This document shows, piece by piece, positions 1 through 10,411 of a stretch of 64,000 nucleotides of DNA. This stretch comes from Candidatus Undinarchaeota archaeon (GTDB taxonomy: Archaea > SpSt-1190 > JASMDC01), in NCBI GenBank assembly GCA_964519305.1, contig CAZFHY010000007.1, positions 1 to 64,000 of the forward strand. Direction: 5' to 3'. The position numbers were made by a program, and so were the translations under genes. Positions within the stretch are counted from its first letter, which is position 1. Each line of letters starts with the position of its first letter. The notes under the pieces are model-generated. The model was not told the origin of the DNA and made no database searches. It saw only the letters and a program-made list of their open reading frames with translations.

Positions 1-87
1 GCAAATCAGAAATCGCTTTTATCATGAATCGAATCGTGAAATGTCAAACCCGGGTTATCAGCAACAGGTCAACAGTGGCTGGCGGCG

Positions 88-906
88 CTAGAACCGGCCG
101 TCGTCGGGCAACAGCCGGACCTCGGGCGTGACACTGATCTTACCGTCGGTCCTTTCGATGAGCACTACACCGTAGTGCCTGTCGCGCAGGCTGCCGGCGT
201 TGAGGACCACGGTGTCCGCGTCCTTACCGATCTGGACTGAGGTACCTGTATCGACGTCCTTGAGGCCTTTCTTCGTGATGTGGAACGCCGTCCAGCCGAA
301 AGACTCATGGATGTGACCACAAGTGACGAGCATCGGTCGACGCTCGGCAATGAACTGACGAAGAGCGGTGGAGCCCACGTGACGGGCGACGAATGGAACG
401 TAGTCGTGGACCTCGTGCGGTGGGACGTGCGACACGACCACCAGTGGTGCATCGTCCGGTACTTTCTCCAGGCCATTGGTAAGTAGGCCGGCGAGGTCCT
501 CCTCCGTGTGCTCGGCGGGGAAGAAACCGATAGGATTGCTGCCGCCCAGACCGAGGAACCAGAGCCCGCGGATGCTGCGCGCGGTCCCGTGAAGGTATCG
601 CGGGACTGTCTCGACGAGGTCAGGAGGATCGTGGTTCCCGTGGACGACCACTACACTACGGTCACCGGGGAGGGATGCGAGGACGTCCTCGAGCGTGGAC
701 CGGTCACCGAAGTTCGTGAAGTCGCCACCGATATCGAGCACGTCGGCGCCCTCGGCCGCGGCCAGTTCTAGCACCTGCTGCAACCGGTCGATGTAGCCAT
801 GTACGTCACGGATGACGAAGATGAGCGTGCGTTCGTCGACCTTGTCGGTCCTCTTTCCGGACTTTGTACGTTTCCGACGTTTGGAGGACGTGCGTTCGCG
901 TGGCAT
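88..906 (-). CDS. Calcineurin-like metallophosphoesterase (Icc-related)
   Basis: Motifs DVHG, GGDFT, HGNHD, SHVPP and CGHIHE in canonical order; basic N-terminal extension. Confidence 0.9.
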   Translation of the reverse strand: MPRERTSSKRRKRTKSGKRTDKVDERTLIFVIRDVHGYIDRLQQVLELAAAEGADVLDIGGDFTNFGDRSTLEDVLASLPGDRSVVVVHGNHDPPDLVETVPRYLHGTARSIRGLWFLGLGGSNPIGFFPAEHTEEDLAGLLTNGLEKVPDDAPLVVVSHVPPHEVHDYVPFVARHVGSTALRQFIAERRPMLVTCGHIHESFGWTAFHITKKGLKDVDTGTSVQIGKDADTVVLNAGSLRDRHYGVVLIERTDGKISVTPEVRLLPDDGRF

Positions 907-936
907 CTCGGTAGGACTGGCGAGCCTGCTGCGCTT

Positions 937-2208
937 TTAAGGCTTTTCATCCTCGAGAGGCTCGCCAATCAGGTAGGTCGGCGTCGAACTGGTGACGCGG
1001 ACCTTGGTCCAGGTACCGAGCGTACCGTGCGGAACGGCCACTAGACGGTAGCTGTCGGTCCGGGCGAGCATGCCCCCTTTCTTCCCTTCTTCACGTACGA
1101 GCGCACTCACGGTCGTCCCGGTCCTGCCCTTGTTCGCCTCCCCCTGCATCTGCTGGCACAGCCCGGCCGCCCTGCGCGACCGGCTCTTGAGGACGCGACC
1201 GGGAAGCTCTTTAAGCTTGGCTGCGGGCGTGCCCGGACGTGGACTGAAACGAGTGATGTTGACGATCTCAGGGCGTGCGAGGCGGAGCAGGTCGAGCGTG
1301 TCCTCGAAGTCGTCCTCGCTCTCGGTCGGGTATCCCACGATGACGTCGGTGGCGAGAAGGATGTCAGGTATGGTCTCCCGGCATCTCCTGACGATGTCGA
1401 GATACCCTTCACGGTCGTACCTGCGACCCATATGGGCGAGCACCCGGTCGCTCCCTGACTGGACCGGGAGGTGCAGGAAGCGATACAACCTGGGGCTGCT
1501 CATGCACTGTAGGATATCATCGAGCTGTGGGGCGATGAGATTGGGATTGCACATGCCTATGCGGACGCGGAACTCGCCATCGATGGTCACGATATCAGCA
1601 ATGAGGCTTGCGAGCGAGTCGCCGATGTCCGCACCATAGGCGGCCGTGTCCTGCGCGGTGAGCCAGAGCTCACGATATCCTGCCTCAACGGCGCGACGTG
1701 CCTCTGCGACAAGTCCCTCGTGCGGGAAACTGAAGAGAGGTCCACGAGCGATCCGGGTCTGGCAGTATGTACAGGCGCCAAGACACCCCTCGGCGATTGG
1801 TATACGTGCAGTGATGCCGGGGATACGACGTTTTCCGAGACCTGACTTGTCCATGCGACGATGCTCAAGCGCACGTGAAGGTGACGACGTGCCCAGTGAT
1901 GCAAGCGCCGTAGGAACCTGGTCGAGCTCACGGGGACCTACAAGGGCAGCGTCCGGCCGTACTGCAAGGACCGATCCGGCGTCCGCTTTTGGGAGGCACC
2001 CTGTGACGACGACGGGGAGCGTGATGGCAGCGATGCGCTTGAGCACCTTCCGTTCGGTGGCTGACTTTACGCAACACGTGTTCACGACGACCGCTTCCGC
2101 GGTGGCGATATCAACTAGCTCGTGACCTGCATCCTCGAGAATGCGTGCGATCATCTCGCTGTCCGCCTGATTGACGGTACACCCGAATGTCTCGATAGCG
2201 ACGCGCAT
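937..2208 (-). CDS. mtaB: tRNA t6A37 methylthiotransferase (archaeal e-MtaB/CDKAL1 type radical SAM)
   Basis: N-terminal UPF0004 motif (GCTVNQADS, NTCCV), CLGACTYC radical SAM motif, HLPVQSGSD, C-terminal TRAM-like domain. Confidence 0.88.
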   Translation of the reverse strand: MRVAIETFGCTVNQADSEMIARILEDAGHELVDIATAEAVVVNTCCVKSATERKVLKRIAAITLPVVVTGCLPKADAGSVLAVRPDAALVGPRELDQVPTALASLGTSSPSRALEHRRMDKSGLGKRRIPGITARIPIAEGCLGACTYCQTRIARGPLFSFPHEGLVAEARRAVEAGYRELWLTAQDTAAYGADIGDSLASLIADIVTIDGEFRVRIGMCNPNLIAPQLDDILQCMSSPRLYRFLHLPVQSGSDRVLAHMGRRYDREGYLDIVRRCRETIPDILLATDVIVGYPTESEDDFEDTLDLLRLARPEIVNITRFSPRPGTPAAKLKELPGRVLKSRSRRAAGLCQQMQGEANKGRTGTTVSALVREEGKKGGMLARTDSYRLVAVPHGTLGTWTKVRVTSSTPTYLIGEPLEDEKP

Positions 2209-2215
2209 GGCCTGC

Positions 2216-4408
2216 TCACGTGAGTTCGTCGAAAGTGTCGTCGCTACGCGGCTTCTTTGTGACCGGGGCGAACGCTGCCCTCACATCGTGCAAGGAATAG
2301 CCGGCATGTGCGAGCGCTTCCTGGATCTCGCGCTCAGAGAAGCCCTCCTCCCTGCGTGACGCGATGTACCGGCGTATCCGGTCCACCTGGCCTTCATCCG
2401 ACATGGCCTTGGACACGACGTTCGGGGAATAACCGCGCTGCTCAAGGGAGTGCAGGATCGCTTCGTCAGAGAATCCTTCCTCACGCCGGGCGAGAACGTA
2501 CTGCATGGCGTCGTCGAGACCGCTCTTGCTCTTCTTCTTGGGCTTGTGTTTACGGCGGCTCTCCTCGTCACGTATGACATCGAGGACGGGATCGACCACG
2601 TCAGCATCGTACTCCCGTTCCATGAGCCGGTCGGCGATAGTGTCGAAGGACGCTCCCCGCTTGCGGGCCTGCACGGCATATCGCTTGATGGCCTCCACCT
2701 CTGCACGCCGCTCTCCTTCCTCCTGTGAGAGTATCTCCTCACCGCAGGCCGTGCAGAAGCTAGAGCGGGCCGGGATCCGCGCACCGCAGTGTGGGCAAGT
2801 GGTCCGTCTGAGAAGCCTGTACATAAGGACGAGGACGATGAACCCGAGCAGTCCCGTACCCAGGGTCGTGAGCCGCGATACATCGAGTGTACAGCTGTAC
2901 TGCTCACACCATTCGAAGGTCCCACAGTCCAGATGCGAGCAGCAGGGACGCTTATGGTCCTTCCGCGAGTAGCACACGCCGCCGCAGATGCGACCGTCGC
3001 ACACCACGCATCGACCGTTCTTGCACAGGGAGTTCCCCAGGCAATCGGCCGAGTTACAGCACTCATGGTCCGTACGCCATTCCTCGCCATCCCAGTCCGA
3101 ACAGCACCGGCCGGGTCCGGAGTGGCACCGGGTACCGCATTTCATCCCCTCGCATTCTCCGGAAGAGCGGATAGGGAATATGACATCATCGCTGTCGATA
3201 ACGAGGGATGGCACGCCTTCTACCGAAGCCTCGCCGAACAGGCACTCTTTACATGTAGCGTCCATTATCTTGGCCGATGCCCTGTCGAACCTGCCATCTG
3301 GCCCGAAGCTCGCCATGACGGCCACGTGGTTGAATGTGAGCGAATTCCCTTCGATCAGCTCCCGTATCGTGAAGTCAGAGCCGGAACGGTCAAGGTCCAT
3401 GAGCACTAATCTAGCATCCAGCCCGATCGTACGGAGCATCGAGATAAGGAGGATGGACATGTCCTCGCAGTCGCCGAGCCTAGTCTCTAGCGTCTGGATT
3501 GGGCTTTCCGGGAAGTCCTGGCCTGGGGCAAAACGGTCCCTCTTGTAGTTGATACTGTCCCGCACGTAGTAGAACAGCTCTTCGGCCTGGCGCTCGATAC
3601 TTGATGAGTTGGCGTTCGTAGCGATGGTCGTGGCGAGCTCGCGGACTGCGGGCTCGTCGATATGGACGAGATACTGCTGCTTGAAGTACTCTTCGAGCGT
3701 TGAGCAAGAGATAAGGCCGAGCTTGACGAGATAACCACCGGTCATCCTGTTGCCGTAGAGTCGGACGAGCCCAGGACCCTCCTCTGTGGCGACATCGTTC
3801 TCCGAAACCACCGTATGGGTTAGAAGGGTCCATGTGGAGCACGGTGTGTTCTCGAACCTGAGGTCGAATGAACCGGCGCTCTTGAGATAGGGCTTAACGA
3901 ACTGGAACGAAGGATCGAGGTCCGTTACGAGCGGATCAAGGAGCACACGGTACCTGAACACCAGGCTCTCCTCTTCCGTCGTGAGGAGGAGGAACCTATC
4001 ACCCGTATCGTTCTCTTCCACGACCGTTCCGTTACCGACACTTAGGAGTCTGCCCGTGACCCTCGTGGGATCGCGACGCCGGCAACCATCGAGGGCGCGG
4101 AAGGTGTGCACGGGCGCGGGAGGACAGGAATAGGCCTCGAGCGTGACGAACGAGGATGTGTTCGTGGATAGCGCCGTCGGATCGAGCACAATGTCGGGCC
4201 CTTCCGAGATGAGGGAGGGGACCGAGAAGGCGACCTTCTTTCCGGCCGATCCTTGGACGGTGACGACCTCCCTCACGTCAAGATAATCATCTTCCTGAAC
4301 GATGATGACGCCGGTCTCGAGGGCCTCAGGATCGATGACATCGATCTCCGTTGCTAGAGAGAGCACAGAAAGAAGAAGCAGGATGACGAGCGTTCCTCTT
4401 CCTTGCAT
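2216..4408 (-). CDS. Exported transglutaminase-like domain protein with Cys-rich region, TM helix, zinc ribbon and three cytoplasmic helical repeats
   Basis: Signal peptide; GDCEDMS (Cys), NHVAV (His), MDATC (Asp) triad; CPHC..CTAC after the TM; three Y-x6-G-x-S-x3-I-x3-L-x3-(G/E)-Y units. Confidence 0.8.
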   Translation of the reverse strand: MQGRGTLVILLLLSVLSLATEIDVIDPEALETGVIIVQEDDYLDVREVVTVQGSAGKKVAFSVPSLISEGPDIVLDPTALSTNTSSFVTLEAYSCPPAPVHTFRALDGCRRRDPTRVTGRLLSVGNGTVVEENDTGDRFLLLTTEEESLVFRYRVLLDPLVTDLDPSFQFVKPYLKSAGSFDLRFENTPCSTWTLLTHTVVSENDVATEEGPGLVRLYGNRMTGGYLVKLGLISCSTLEEYFKQQYLVHIDEPAVRELATTIATNANSSSIERQAEELFYYVRDSINYKRDRFAPGQDFPESPIQTLETRLGDCEDMSILLISMLRTIGLDARLVLMDLDRSGSDFTIRELIEGNSLTFNHVAVMASFGPDGRFDRASAKIMDATCKECLFGEASVEGVPSLVIDSDDVIFPIRSSGECEGMKCGTRCHSGPGRCCSDWDGEEWRTDHECCNSADCLGNSLCKNGRCVVCDGRICGGVCYSRKDHKRPCCSHLDCGTFEWCEQYSCTLDVSRLTTLGTGLLGFIVLVLMYRLLRRTTCPHCGARIPARSSFCTACGEEILSQEEGERRAEVEAIKRYAVQARKRGASFDTIADRLMEREYDADVVDPVLDVIRDEESRRKHKPKKKSKSGLDDAMQYVLARREEGFSDEAILHSLEQRGYSPNVVSKAMSDEGQVDRIRRYIASRREEGFSEREIQEALAHAGYSLHDVRAAFAPVTKKPRSDDTFDELT

Positions 4409-4433
4409 CGCTTAAGATGCAGAGGTTAGAGCT

Positions 4434-4751
4434 TTAATCCTTTTTGGCGTCCTCGTCCGGTTCGTTCATTTTCTCAAGCTGCTGCTCGATCGCATCGAGA
4501 CGGACACAAAGATCGCAGTTGGAACGCTCCGACTGGGTGATCATTGATGAGAAACCGAGGGATATCACCGCGATAGCAGCGATTATCCCGACGAGGATGA
4601 GGATGAGCGCGTTGGAGTAGAGCTCGGTTATGAATGACTCAACGTCCGTGCCGGAGAACGATAGGAAGCTCGATGCTATCACTGCGGCGAATATGAGCAT
4701 CGCGCTCACAGCGATGCTGTAAAGGTAGGATAGTTTAGTCCGTGTTGCCAT
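4434..4751 (-). CDS. Small 2-TM membrane protein (paralog family)
   Basis: Two hydrophobic helices; aligns with 4775..5140 (KLSYLYSI / KLSILYSV, LGFSS / LGFAS); GGTGGTGG SD. Confidence 0.75.
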   Translation of the reverse strand: MATRTKLSYLYSIAVSAMLIFAAVIASSFLSFSGTDVESFITELYSNALILILVGIIAAIAVISLGFSSMITQSERSNCDLCVRLDAIEQQLEKMNEPDEDAKKD

Positions 4752-4774
4752 GCCACCACCACCGGTAGGAGTTG

Positions 4775-5140
4775 TTACTCCTTCTTGTCCTTCTTTGGTT
4801 TATCCTTCTTATCGGGAGCGTCGCCCTTGGCCTTGATCTCCTTGATGTTCTCCGCGGTCCGGGCCGTTGTACGCGCGATCGCTAGAAGACCATCGACGAG
4901 TTCGGTCTCCACGTTCTCCATGATCTGGAGGAGGGAGGCGAATCCGAGGGCTACTGCAGCCAGCGAAACGAAGTCGAAGATGAAGGAGATGATGAACTTG
5001 TTTGTCTGCAGGTTCACGATGAACTTCTCAGGGTCCAGCTCAAGGAGCGGGACGTAGAACGAAGCGATTACGAACGCCAGCACTAGGATGCCGCTAACGA
5101 CAACGCTGTATAGTATCGATAACTTAACGGTCTCAGCCAT
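4775..5140 (-). CDS. Small 2-TM membrane protein with coiled/charged tail (paralog family)
   Basis: Two hydrophobic helices; ELVDGL motif shared with 26589..26969; AGGTGG SD and TATA box upstream. Confidence 0.75.
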   Translation of the reverse strand: MAETVKLSILYSVVVSGILVLAFVIASFYVPLLELDPEKFIVNLQTNKFIISFIFDFVSLAAVALGFASLLQIMENVETELVDGLLAIARTTARTAENIKEIKAKGDAPDKKDKPKKDKKE

Positions 5141-5209
5141 TACGTACCACCTATATCCGTATCCGGGGTTATACTTTATAAAGATGAACCCAAGGTCGCG
5201 ATTTCCGCA

Positions 5210-6628
5210 CTAGGAGAGATCAGCTAGTTCCTTCTCGGTCCGTTCGCGCATCTTCTTATGCAGTTCGGGGCTCAGTTTACCCTTTGCCAGCTGTGTGTCG
5301 AGCTTATCGAGCTTGGTCTGCAGTACCGATACGCGGGGATCTGTGTATCCCCTGGTAACACGTGGAGATGGCCTTTTCCCCTCGCTTCCGTAACCGTCGA
5401 AACCCAGTTCCGCGAATAGGTCCTCGTCGGAATCCTTCTCACCTGATGGGGGTGCTTCAACATCAGGCACTTCACCCTCCTCGAGCTCTTCGACATCTTT
5501 GATGAGATCATCCTTATCTTCAGTGTCATCTGATTCGAGCTCCTCGAGCATCTCGTCGGTCGGGAGATCGCGCTCACCCTCTTCAGGTTCCGGTTGTTCT
5601 TCTTTCTCAGGTTCCTGGTCTTCTCCAGTGACACCATCGCCGAACTCCTCCTCGAACTCGTCCATATCGATGATGTCCTCGCCATCTATCACGGCCTCTG
5701 CGTCCGGTGCTTCCTCGTCCTCCAGCTTGGGTAGGAGGTCCGGTTCGGGTGGATGGCCCTCGTCAGCCGATTTCTTGTTGAAGAAGTAGAGGAAGCTACC
5801 GCAGCCCACGACCACGAGGAGCACGAGCACGCTCTCGGGGACCGAGAACTTCTGAGATTTCTCTTCCTTGTCCCGCTCCTCATCAAGTCGGTCCTTTACC
5901 TGCTCGTTGGAGAGCTCGAACCAGAAACCACCCCGACATTCACCGGTCGAACCGACCCAGCTCTCACCATAACCGTCCGTGTCCTTGTCGTCACCACAGC
6001 ACCTCCCATCACGCCAGATGCCGCCAAGCGATATGCAATCATCAGGGTTCTTGTCTCCGTCCTGTACGGTCGGTTTGCACGTGTAGATGCACACACCGTT
6101 CTTACAACTATAGCACTGCTTGCACAAGGGCATCCATGTCCCGTACAGACATCTGCCCCACCGCCCGCACCAGCTCTCGTCTTCGACGCAGCATCGGTCC
6201 TCGTTCCACGAGCCATCCTTGCACTTGGAGCAATAGAACTCGCTGTCAGTTCCAGGCACCCATTTCGCGGAGATACAAGCACCCTCGATGGAGCACCAGC
6301 TCTCCCCCGGATCATCACCGCAGCATGTCTCGTCCTTCCACGTACCTCCCGAGCAGATGCATGTGGAACGGTCCTTGTCCGGATCGGCGACCTTGTCGAT
6401 GCATTCACCCAGAAGGCAGCAGCCTGATTCGCAGTGGTTGTGTTCGGTACAGCCTGTACATGTTGTGTTCAATGTGATACGGTCCCACGCTCCGCACTCC
6501 CACGTGGCGCATGTCTCGTATCCCCCATGACCCGGGACCTCTATCTCAGTACAGTTCCATGCATCGCAGGAGGTGTTGTGTCTGGACACGCAGTCGAACT
6601 TGGAACAGGACTGGTATCCTATAGACAT
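5210..6628 (-). CDS. C-terminal part of a frameshifted Cys/Trp-repeat surface protein (TM, acidic tail, SHOCT-like C-terminus)
   Basis: Continues the C-x2-W-x-C repeat of 6546..7190 in another frame; CCGDD..ESWC repeats; TM VLVLLVVVGCGSFLYFF; E/D-rich tail. Confidence 0.7.
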   Translation of the reverse strand: MSIGYQSCSKFDCVSRHNTSCDAWNCTEIEVPGHGGYETCATWECGAWDRITLNTTCTGCTEHNHCESGCCLLGECIDKVADPDKDRSTCICSGGTWKDETCCGDDPGESWCSIEGACISAKWVPGTDSEFYCSKCKDGSWNEDRCCVEDESWCGRWGRCLYGTWMPLCKQCYSCKNGVCIYTCKPTVQDGDKNPDDCISLGGIWRDGRCCGDDKDTDGYGESWVGSTGECRGGFWFELSNEQVKDRLDEERDKEEKSQKFSVPESVLVLLVVVGCGSFLYFFNKKSADEGHPPEPDLLPKLEDEEAPDAEAVIDGEDIIDMDEFEEEFGDGVTGEDQEPEKEEQPEPEEGERDLPTDEMLEELESDDTEDKDDLIKDVEELEEGEVPDVEAPPSGEKDSDEDLFAELGFDGYGSEGKRPSPRVTRGYTDPRVSVLQTKLDKLDTQLAKGKLSPELHKKMRERTEKELADLS

Positions 6629-7190
6629 ATGTGCAGGTCCATGCAAAGCACCGGTCACCATCCCAGACAGTGCAATCGAACCGCGAGCATGCTTGACGTG
6701 AGTTGGGACGCCTGTTGGGCGGTGCCTCGATGTCCAGAGGAAAGGGAGCAACGGTGCATCTCCATATCTTGCAGGTACCATCTATGATCCGTTCACATCG
6801 GTATTCACTGCAAGTATCCCGGTCATTGGACGATGGGAGGTCGGTGTCCGTGCATTCCCAATCGACACATCGTCCCTCCTTGTCCTCTGTGCAGTTGAAC
6901 GTAGCGCAGGTCTGGTCGTCCGAACCGGGCACGTCGACGGATAGGCACTCCCATCGTGCGCATACACGGTCGTTCATCTTCGTGCACGCCCACTCTGAAC
7001 AGGTAAGATAATCGCTTGATGAAGGGAGTTTGGTTGAAGCACAGTTCCAGTTGATACAGAGCTCCTTACCGCAGGACGGTTGTTCCGCAAAAGGACCGAT
7101 GGGGAAGTCGTTGTCCCCGTAGTTTGGTGCGACCGACAGGATGCAGGCGACGATAACGACGATAATGAGCGAACAAGCTCTATGTACCAT
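6546..7190 (-). CDS. N-terminal part of a frameshifted Cys/Trp-repeat surface protein
   Basis: Signal peptide then about five C-x2-W-x-C-xn-P-xn-TC repeats; pattern is lost after CFAWTCT (~6630) and resumes in the frame of the downstream ORF. Confidence 0.7.
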   Translation of the reverse strand: MVHRACSLIIVVIVACILSVAPNYGDNDFPIGPFAEQPSCGKELCINWNCASTKLPSSSDYLTCSEWACTKMNDRVCARWECLSVDVPGSDDQTCATFNCTEDKEGRCVDWECTDTDLPSSNDRDTCSEYRCERIIDGTCKIWRCTVAPFPLDIEAPPNRRPNSRQACSRFDCTVWDGDRCFAWTCTYVYRIPVLFQVRLRVQTQHLLRCMELY

Positions 7191-7309
7191 TCTCGTAATG
7201 GGAGAACATCACCATCCCTTTTAAAACTTGGGCAGATGGCAGGCCGGCACAGTCCGATACGGAGGGCGCTGACCCTAGTTTTTTAACGTTCACCGAATCC
7301 AGTGTATAC

Positions 7310-8227
7310 ATGGGAGACCGGTACGACCTCACCGTCATCGGACTTGGCCCCGCTGGAATGGCCGCGGGGATCTACGCTGCACGCCGTCGTGTGAATACCC
7401 TCGTCATCGGTAGGGCCCCCGGTGGAACTGCAGCGACTGCCCATCTCATCGAGAACTATCCGGGAGTGCTCGCCACTACCGGCCTTGAGCTGATGCAGAC
7501 CATGGAGACGCAGCTGCGCGGGTTCGAAGTGGATGTCGAGGTGGACGAGGTACTAAAGGTGACTCGGTCAGACGATGGCTTCACAGTACAGTGCGCTTCT
7601 GGTGCTGAGCATGTCTCGAAAGCTCTCGTAATAGCGACGGGTACCGAGGTACAGCGTCTGGGCGTGCCCGGCGAGAAGGAACTTCGTGGACGGGGCGTTT
7701 CCTACTGTGCGACCTGTGACGGGCCACTGTTCCGCGAAAGGACAGTTGCCGTCGCTGGCGACGGGAACCGCGCGGTCGATGCGGCACTGCTACTGTCCGA
7801 AGTTGCCTCTCATGTCATCCTCATATCTCCGGGGGCCATCTCTGCTGACGAGTCCCTCGTGGCACGACTGGATAGAGAGAAGGTAGAAGTGCTTGAGAAT
7901 ACCAAGATTACTTCCATCAAGGGAGATCCTCTAGTCGGAGCGATCGACTTGGAAGATGCTGATGGCACTCGGGAGCTGCCAGTGGAAGGTGTGTTCGTCG
8001 AGGTGGGCTCCATGCCCGCTACCGAGATCGCGTCTTCCCTCGGTGCCGAGACGGACCGCTCTTTCGTCGTCGTCGACGATGACCAGAGCACCAACGTGCC
8101 AGGCCTCTATGCGGCAGGGGACGTCACAGGCCGTTGGGCACAAGTAGTGATGGCCTGCGCGCAGGGGGCGCTGGCGGCGACAAAGGCATGTGGCTACATC
8201 CGGAAGTGTTCGAGGGAAGAACGATGA
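7310..8227 (+). CDS. trxB: Thioredoxin reductase
   Basis: GLGPAG FAD motif, GVSYCATCDG active site, PGLYAAGD. Confidence 0.93.
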   Translation: MGDRYDLTVIGLGPAGMAAGIYAARRRVNTLVIGRAPGGTAATAHLIENYPGVLATTGLELMQTMETQLRGFEVDVEVDEVLKVTRSDDGFTVQCASGAEHVSKALVIATGTEVQRLGVPGEKELRGRGVSYCATCDGPLFRERTVAVAGDGNRAVDAALLLSEVASHVILISPGAISADESLVARLDREKVEVLENTKITSIKGDPLVGAIDLEDADGTRELPVEGVFVEVGSMPATEIASSLGAETDRSFVVVDDDQSTNVPGLYAAGDVTGRWAQVVMACAQGALAATKACGYIRKCSREER

Positions 8228-9336
8228 GCGAGCACGTCCTTGTCACCGGTGGAGCGGGCTTCATAGGTTCTCACCTCGTGGACTCGTTGGTCTCAGAGGG
8301 GCATACTGTACGCGTTCTCGATAACCTGGACGAACAGGTCCATCACGGCAAAAAGCCGGAGTACCTGAATCCGAGAGCTGAGTACATTATCGGTGATGTG
8401 TGCGAACCTGATGATGTACGTGCATCACTGGGCGGCGTTTCTGTTGTTTTTCACTGTGCATCAGCGGTCGGCGTTGGGCAGTCTATGTATCGCATAGGTC
8501 ACTATGTGCGGTCCAACTCATTGGGCACGGCCGTGCTCATGGATGAGATAGTCAACCGTGAGACCGATGTGCGCAAGGTCATCGTCGCCTCTTCGATGGC
8601 GACATACGGCGAGGGAGCATACTCATGCGAGAAGTGCGGGACCGTAAGGCCACCGCTCCGCGGAGAGGATCAGATGCGTTCCAGGCAATGGGAGCCGATT
8701 TGCCCGTCCTGTGGTAGTGCGTGTCGTCCGATACCTACACCTGAGGATGCGCAGCAGTTTCCCAACTCAGTTTACGCTCTGGGAAAACGTGACCAAGAGC
8801 ATATGGTGCTCATGCTCGGAAGGACATATGGCTTCGGAGCAACAGCCCTCCGGTTCTTTAATGTGTACGGTCCTCGACAGTCGCTCTCGAACCCCTATAC
8901 AGGCGTGTGTGCGATATTCTCCTCCCGTATCAAGAACGGTAATCCGGTCGTCATCTTCGAGGATGGCCTTCAAACACGTGACTTCATCTCCGTCCATGAT
9001 GTGGTCCGCGCGAATCTCCTGTGCATGGAGCGTTCGGAAGCTGACGGGAAGGTGTTCAACGTCGGTAGCGGTACGCCCGTGACCATCAAGGAGATCGCGA
9101 CTACCCTTGCCGATCTCTATGGTTCGGAGGTGAGACCCCGTATCACGGAGGAGTTCCGAAAGGGGGACGTGCGCCACTGCTACGCGGACATGACACGTAT
9201 CCGGTCCATAGGTTTCAAGCCCTCCATAAGGCTTGCTGATGGCCTGCGCGACCTAGTCGACTGGGGCGCAGATGTCGAAGCTACCGACAGTTTCGACCAG
9301 GCCGAGCGTGAGCTCGAGGAGAAGGGTCTGGTCTAG
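8224..9336 (+). CDS. NAD-dependent NDP-sugar epimerase/dehydratase (WbiB-like, with Cys insertion)
   Basis: TGGAGFIG, YALGK catalytic motif, RFFNVYGP, CEKC..CPSC insertion; ATGA overlap with trxB. Confidence 0.88.
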   Translation: MSEHVLVTGGAGFIGSHLVDSLVSEGHTVRVLDNLDEQVHHGKKPEYLNPRAEYIIGDVCEPDDVRASLGGVSVVFHCASAVGVGQSMYRIGHYVRSNSLGTAVLMDEIVNRETDVRKVIVASSMATYGEGAYSCEKCGTVRPPLRGEDQMRSRQWEPICPSCGSACRPIPTPEDAQQFPNSVYALGKRDQEHMVLMLGRTYGFGATALRFFNVYGPRQSLSNPYTGVCAIFSSRIKNGNPVVIFEDGLQTRDFISVHDVVRANLLCMERSEADGKVFNVGSGTPVTIKEIATTLADLYGSEVRPRITEEFRKGDVRHCYADMTRIRSIGFKPSIRLADGLRDLVDWGADVEATDSFDQAERELEEKGLV

Positions 9337-9370
9337 AGAGATCGAGAAAGGAAGAATGGAGGATATGACA

Positions 9371-10408
9371 ATGAAAGTACTTGTCACCGGTGGTATGGGA
9401 TTCATCGGCTCCCACGTGGCCGAGTTCTATGCTAAGAAGGGCGCAGAGGTGGTCTGTGTGGACAATCTTTCCCGAGCTGAGCTCCTGAAACGCCAGAGCG
9501 TTGTGAATCCGCTCTATAATCATGATTATCTCGAACGTAACTATCCCTCGATAAAGCTAATCAAGCAGGACGTCCGTGATCTCGGAGCACTGCTCCCCAT
9601 CATGCAGGACGTTGATCTGATTGTTCACACTGCTGCCCAGACCGCGGTCACGACATCGGTCACCGAGCCAGAGCAGGACTTCACCGTCAACGCCCAGGGC
9701 ACGTTCAACGTGCTTGAAGCGGCACGTCGTTCTGGCTCAGATCCAACCATTGTCTACTGCTCCACGAACAAAGTGTACGGGGACAACGTCAATACCGTCC
9801 CGGTGAGCGAGGAGGAGACGCGATACCGCTTCGCCGATCGGGCCGGGATAACCGAGATGTTCTCTATCGACCGGTGCGAGCATACCCCCTACGGCTGCTC
9901 AAAGCTAACCGGCGACCTCTATGTCCAGGATTATGGCCATCTCTACGGACTTCGCACGGGTGTGTTCCGCATGTCGTGCATCTACGGGACACGACAGCTC
10001 GGAGTAGCTGATCAAGGCTGGGTGATGTGGTTCACCCTGGCAACGCTCGGACGACAGCCATTAACGATATTCGGAGATGGGAAGCAGGTGCGTGACGTGC
10101 TGTACGTCACCGATCTCGTGGAAGCGTACGATGCGTTCTATAGAAGTGATCTACGCCAGGGTGTCTTCAATACCGGTGGGGGTCCCGATAATACGCTCTC
10201 GTTACTGGAGCTTCTGGACATCCTCGATGAGCTGACGGGAATACGGAGCGAGCTGTCGTTCGCCGACTGGCGTCCTTCGGACCAGAAGGTGTACATCTCG
10301 GACCTTTCCCGTATCAGGGATACGCTAGGATGGACTCCGAAGGTAGGGCCGCAGGAAGGGATGGAACGTATCGTTGAATGGGCCCGGACCCTCTCGATGG
10401 GCGAGTGA
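9371..10408 (+). CDS. NDP-sugar epimerase, CDP-paratose 2-epimerase-like
   Basis: TGGMGFIG, STNKVYG, TPYGCSK, RMSCIYG, DQGWV, GDGKQVRD; GGAGG SD. Confidence 0.85.
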   Translation: MKVLVTGGMGFIGSHVAEFYAKKGAEVVCVDNLSRAELLKRQSVVNPLYNHDYLERNYPSIKLIKQDVRDLGALLPIMQDVDLIVHTAAQTAVTTSVTEPEQDFTVNAQGTFNVLEAARRSGSDPTIVYCSTNKVYGDNVNTVPVSEEETRYRFADRAGITEMFSIDRCEHTPYGCSKLTGDLYVQDYGHLYGLRTGVFRMSCIYGTRQLGVADQGWVMWFTLATLGRQPLTIFGDGKQVRDVLYVTDLVEAYDAFYRSDLRQGVFNTGGGPDNTLSLLELLDILDELTGIRSELSFADWRPSDQKVYISDLSRIRDTLGWTPKVGPQEGMERIVEWARTLSMGE

Positions 10409-10411
10409 CGC

